A stretch of DNA of 64,000 bases. Origin: Azolla caroliniana. Lineage: Eukaryota > Plantae > Polypodiophyta. The position numbers were made by a program, and so were the translations under genes. Each line of letters begins with the position of its first letter. Position 1 is the first letter of the stretch. The notes under the pieces are model-generated. The model did no database searches. It saw only the letters and a program-made list of their open reading frames with translations, and was not told where the DNA came from. Shown here one piece after another: positions 59,990 through 64,000 of this stretch. The stretch covers positions 12,958,001-13,022,000 of the forward strand of contig JBHGNT010000009.1 of the NCBI GenBank assembly GCA_043228905.1, given 5' to 3'.

Positions 59990-61728
59990 TCATTGGCATC
60001 AAGTGCCCGCATCTCTTCCTCCATTATGGCACGCCAATCTGCGTCCCTTGCCATGTCTATGTAGCTCTCCGGCTCACACACCTTTGCCAGTTTCGTCATG
60101 TACGCATAGTGATGCGCCATGTACTTGTTATAACCATACCGTTTCTTCTAGCGGGTCGATCGACGCAGTTTCTACTCTACTGATTTCTTGGCCTTCTTGG
60201 CCGACTCAGACTTCGTCTCCGAAGGTTCATCTTCGTTTTTTCTGAAGCTCCCACCAAAACTAACGTTCTATGCCAGTCCCCATACATCCGAATGTATTAG
60301 ATCGAGCTTGTTATAGCTATGGTTTCTTTTGATGGGTAATGGAAGCCAGTATTGCTTCCCGAGCTGGTAGGCTTCAAAAATTTGGGCCTTCCGGCCACTA
60401 AATTTTGGCAATCCAAAAAAACCTTTTTCGATTGTAGGTCTTGAAGCCTCTGATAGTTGACATGGCCGATTTGCTTGTGGCACAAGTCGATATCCGATTC
60501 GACCTTCTGTCCTTTTGCGAACATAGTGGTGCCGACGTCCTTGGTGTCGAGGATAAATATCCTCCCATCCCGGCGCCCTTGCGTGAGGACTTGGCCCTCT
60601 TACTCGATGAAGCACCTGAGGTGTGTAAATAGCACCTACATCCCTTGGTCAACGAGCTGCCCAATAGACACCAGGTTCTTTGTGATTGTCGGGACGTGAC
60701 GCACATTCATAAGCTTCCCTTTTTGTCCGATATGACTTAAGGGAACTTCTTTGACATGCACGATCAGGTGAGGAGTGTTGTCTCCGGTTTTGACAACTCT
60801 CGGTTGGTTTGGCTTTTCCAAAAATGAGAACCACTCTTCATGGCTCGTCATGTGGTTTGATGCTCCGTAGTCAACATACCACACTTCCTCCGATCCGGAA
60901 GCGGTTTTCTTCATTGAGTTCGCTTTGTGCTTCATCACAAAGGCTGGCCCTTTCCCGGTCTCACCGGTTCTAGATCCATCCAATCCTTCTGCGTAGTGCG
61001 AGCTTTGTCGGTTCCCTTGTCCGGTCTTGCTGGATCCGGATTTATCTGAATCGGCGTGCTTCTTCCAACACTCACTTTCTCGGTGGCCTTTCTTGCCACA
61101 TTACCAACATTTCGTCTCGACTTTCAATTGTCGGTTTTCGGTGCCACCTTGAATCCCCTTGCTTGTGGAGGGTCTGGAACTGTTGTCGGCACTATCTCGG
61201 TGCCTCCGATTCTGCTTTGGTCGGCCGCCTCCATTGCGTGCCGACACACCTCGTCCTCCACGCCCAGGGGGCCGATCCGCCTCCGTGTACAACATTTGGT
61301 TGTCTGATTGAGTGGTCCTCGACTCACTCACATGGTTTTCTTTGATCATCAACATCGATTGCAGGTTAAAGGACGGTGGGTTCTCTCGGATGCAAAAATG
61401 CCGTCCGGACTGGCCCGTACTGTTCTGCTAGACCACCGAGGCAGATCTTGACCATCTCGTCCTCATCCACCTGCACGTTGATGGAGCTGAGCACGTGGTA
61501 GATCTCCTTGATCTTGGTGGTGTAGTTGGTGACTGACATGTCCTGTTGCCGGATACTATTGAGCTCTTGCTGTAACTTTCGAGTGGTGGTACTTGTGGCG
61601 GAAACCTTCCAGAGATATTCCCAGGCTTCTTTCGGCGTTTTCACATCCCTGATGTAGCCAAGCATTTGGTCGTGCACACAAGACACGAGGCAATACAACA
61701 TATTGCGCGCTCCTTGCTCCCATATCGG
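59990..61728 (-). mobile_element. Degenerate copia gag-PR-partial INT/RT, related to the 18533 element
   Basis: Motifs KTPKEAWE, KICLGGL, WYVDYGASNHMT, HSDVWG and HHYAYMT..EPESY, with an internal deletion. Confidence 0.88.
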
Positions 61729-64000
61729 TGTTAATCCTAGGGCCGGACAACAGCCTAACATAGGGTGTCCACTTAAGACACTTCACCAAAGGGTGTTATG
61801 GCAGGATGACTTACGACACAATGCTTAATTAGACCTTAATTGGTTACTTAGCAATACGTCATTACACGCGTTAGATATAACAATGAGTATAGAACGGTAC
61901 TCAATACTGAAAGGTTAAGGCAATAAGTTCTATTAATTATCCGCTATCAATTACATTGTAACCGGGCCTTTATATAGGTCTCCGGTGCGAAGTACAAAAT
62001 GGTGCCAACCGGCACCTAATCAGAATCGGTCCGGATCTGGATCGGCATACCGATTCCGGTCCGTCCGTCCATATTAATACAATAATTACAATAGTTCCAA
62101 AATAAACTATTCCTTTCACACTCCGGTCTGGACATCCTTAAGCCTTTTTGCCGGCCGGGTAACACATGGCACGCCCGTGGGACAGTACCTTGTACATCGA
62201 ACCCATTATCCGGCCCTGCTACTCTTCGTCTAAAATGTCCAGAATGCTTTGCTCCAGAATTTCCAATGGCTTGTAGTTGTTGCTGCTGTGGCTGCTGTTC
62301 CGTTTGTGGCTACTGCGATGGCTGCTCCGTTTGTGCCTTCTCCGTTTGGGGCTGCTGCTCCGTTTGTCGCTCTTGCACCGGCATTTCCTTCGTTGTTTTG
62401 TTCGCCGGAGTTGTTGCTGGCTGACCGACCCCAGCTTGGTCCCCGTGTGGTCCTTGTACCGGCGACGATTCCTCATCACTAAGGTTTATCGTTGCCGCTT
62501 TCCTTGCTTTTTCTTCCCGAAGCCGGGACCGCTCATAGCTCTCAAACTGGATTTGAGCCTCCAGCCGATCGTCGTCCAGTTGAGCTATGAGCTGTCGGAC
62601 CTGTACCAATTGTTCATCCACCATGGCTGTGAAATCTTCAACCAGCTCATCCCTTACGGCGGTGAAGTCCTTTGATGTCAGCGTATAACAGTCGTCACCC
62701 TCCTTCCACTGGTTTTCCACATCCGCCCTGAGCAATTGGAGTTCCGCAGTATTCTGCACCCATTTCGTCCACCATCGCACAGAGCTCTCGTCAATCAAGC
62801 GTTTGGTCTTAGTGAGCCATGCCTGGAGGATGCACTGGATCCATTCGATTCCCATCCGTGATTTGTTCTCCACGGCTTGTCTCTCCTCTTTCAATTGCTT
62901 GATGATTCTGATCGTGTCTGCCTCCTGCTCCCTATAATGCGACAATTGACTTTGATAGGTTGTTTGCAACCTCTGTAACACCATTGTCGCCCTTTCCTTT
63001 TCTTTATGGTTCTGCTTGTGGAGCTCCATCCGGTCCATCGCCGCTTCCTCCAATAGCTTTGAATTCTTAGCTCGTTCGTCAATGAGTGCCGTTGTGGCCC
63101 TATCAACTTCTTGCCGGAGCTCGGCCATCCTTTCCTGCTGTTGCTTATACTCCGCCTCCAGTTGCTTGTAGTCCCGATGCAGATGATCAAAATCATTGGT
63201 CCTCTGCTTCAGCCTCTGGTTGATCTGCCGGCGCGCGCGGTCCTCCTGGTCCTTCTGTTGACGGAGTTCTTCCTTTAGCCTTTCGATTTCCGTCTATGCC
63301 ATCCGTCGCAGCTTGTCTTTCTCCTGCTGCAATTTCTCTTTTTCCTCCTTTAGCCGGTCATAAGCTTGATGTCCTTTACGTAGGTTTTCCTCTGCCCGGT
63401 GGAGGTTCTCAGTAGTCTTCTTTAATTCTTCTTCGGCCGCCTTCTTCAAGTCGCGTTCGCGGCTCCATAATGCTTCTTGTGTGGCAAGTTCGTCTCTTAA
63501 TTCGGCAAGCTCTTGGGCTTGCACCGCATCTTTCTCCGGGACAGTTTCTGTCTCCGGGGTCTTATTCGTATGTACATCCACCGGAGTCACCGGTGCTTGG
63601 ATATGTGTTGCGGTTAAGGCCATTTTGGCCATGTCTTCTGTTACCTGATCCAAGTCTTGTTCGAGGCACCGAATCCTTGACTGGGCCGTCTCTAGTTCAT
63701 TGGTTGTGACTAGCAACCGTTCCATCTGCGCTCGTTCTTCCGCCTCTACGTATCCGACTACTCCGGCAATTTGTTCTCCTATCCACCGAAGCCATTGGCT
63801 GCCGGTGCCCTGTTGTTGCGTCTGCACGGCGGGTTGGCCGATGGGTTCACTTGCTAGTGGCTGGTCCCGCCCTTCTGCGTTGAGCAGCAATTCCGGCTCT
63901 ACTTGTTGACCACTTTGCCGTTCAGGTTCCGGTTGTGTTTCGGTTGGCCACACTTGTTCTGCTTGTTCTTGGCTGGATGAGGAGGTTGGCATTTGTATAA
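61729..64000 (-). mobile_element. Diverged relative of the 36359 element, continuing beyond the window: 3' LTR at 61729-62164
   Basis: LTR termini TGTTA/TAACA and similarity to the reverse complement of 36359-36778. Split tRNA-Arg motif at 62167-62205; inserted in copia gag. Confidence 0.88.
62310..63992 (-). pseudogene. Homolog of the 772-aa coiled-coil protein with an in-frame stop near 63294
   Basis: Shares WLRW(I/V)GEQIAG, ERLLVTT, RKGHQAYDRLKEEKEK, WWTKW and QFESYERSR with 36830-39148. Confidence 0.85.

Noticed and set aside
61-61735. Apparent targeting of the PPT-less gypsy lineage into copia elements (insertions at 66, 36359 and 61729)
   Set aside because: There are too few events, and copia DNA is abundant enough here for chance to explain it.

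Overview
Eukaryotic land-plant nuclear DNA, probably a non-seed plant. The plant call rests on intron-containing elongator tRNA-Met genes, a CLE peptide motif and a CCCTAAA telomere motif; the non-seed call is inferred from Tcn1-like chromovirus fragments. About 60% of the window is nested Ty1/copia and Ty3/gypsy LTR retrotransposons and remnants. One host gene stands out: a two-exon CLE signalling-peptide gene at 28951-29708. A ~25 kb satellite of intact and decayed tRNA-Met(CAT) units spans about 31.9-56.75 kb and appears to split an old copia LTR. The most unusual signal is a gypsy-type lineage with no polypurine tract (PPT). Where the PPT should be, four elements carry a sense copy of the 3' end of tRNA-Arg(UCU), split by a small covarying hairpin. 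One of them is a very young 3.3 kb non-autonomous element (identical LTRs, 5-bp target-site duplication, TSD) with tRNA-complementary sites at both internal ends and one intact 772-aa coiled-coil ORF. That ORF is homologous to the accessory ORF of a related pol-carrying element. All alignments were made by eye, and tRNA identities come from recalled plant tRNA consensus sequences, not database searches.
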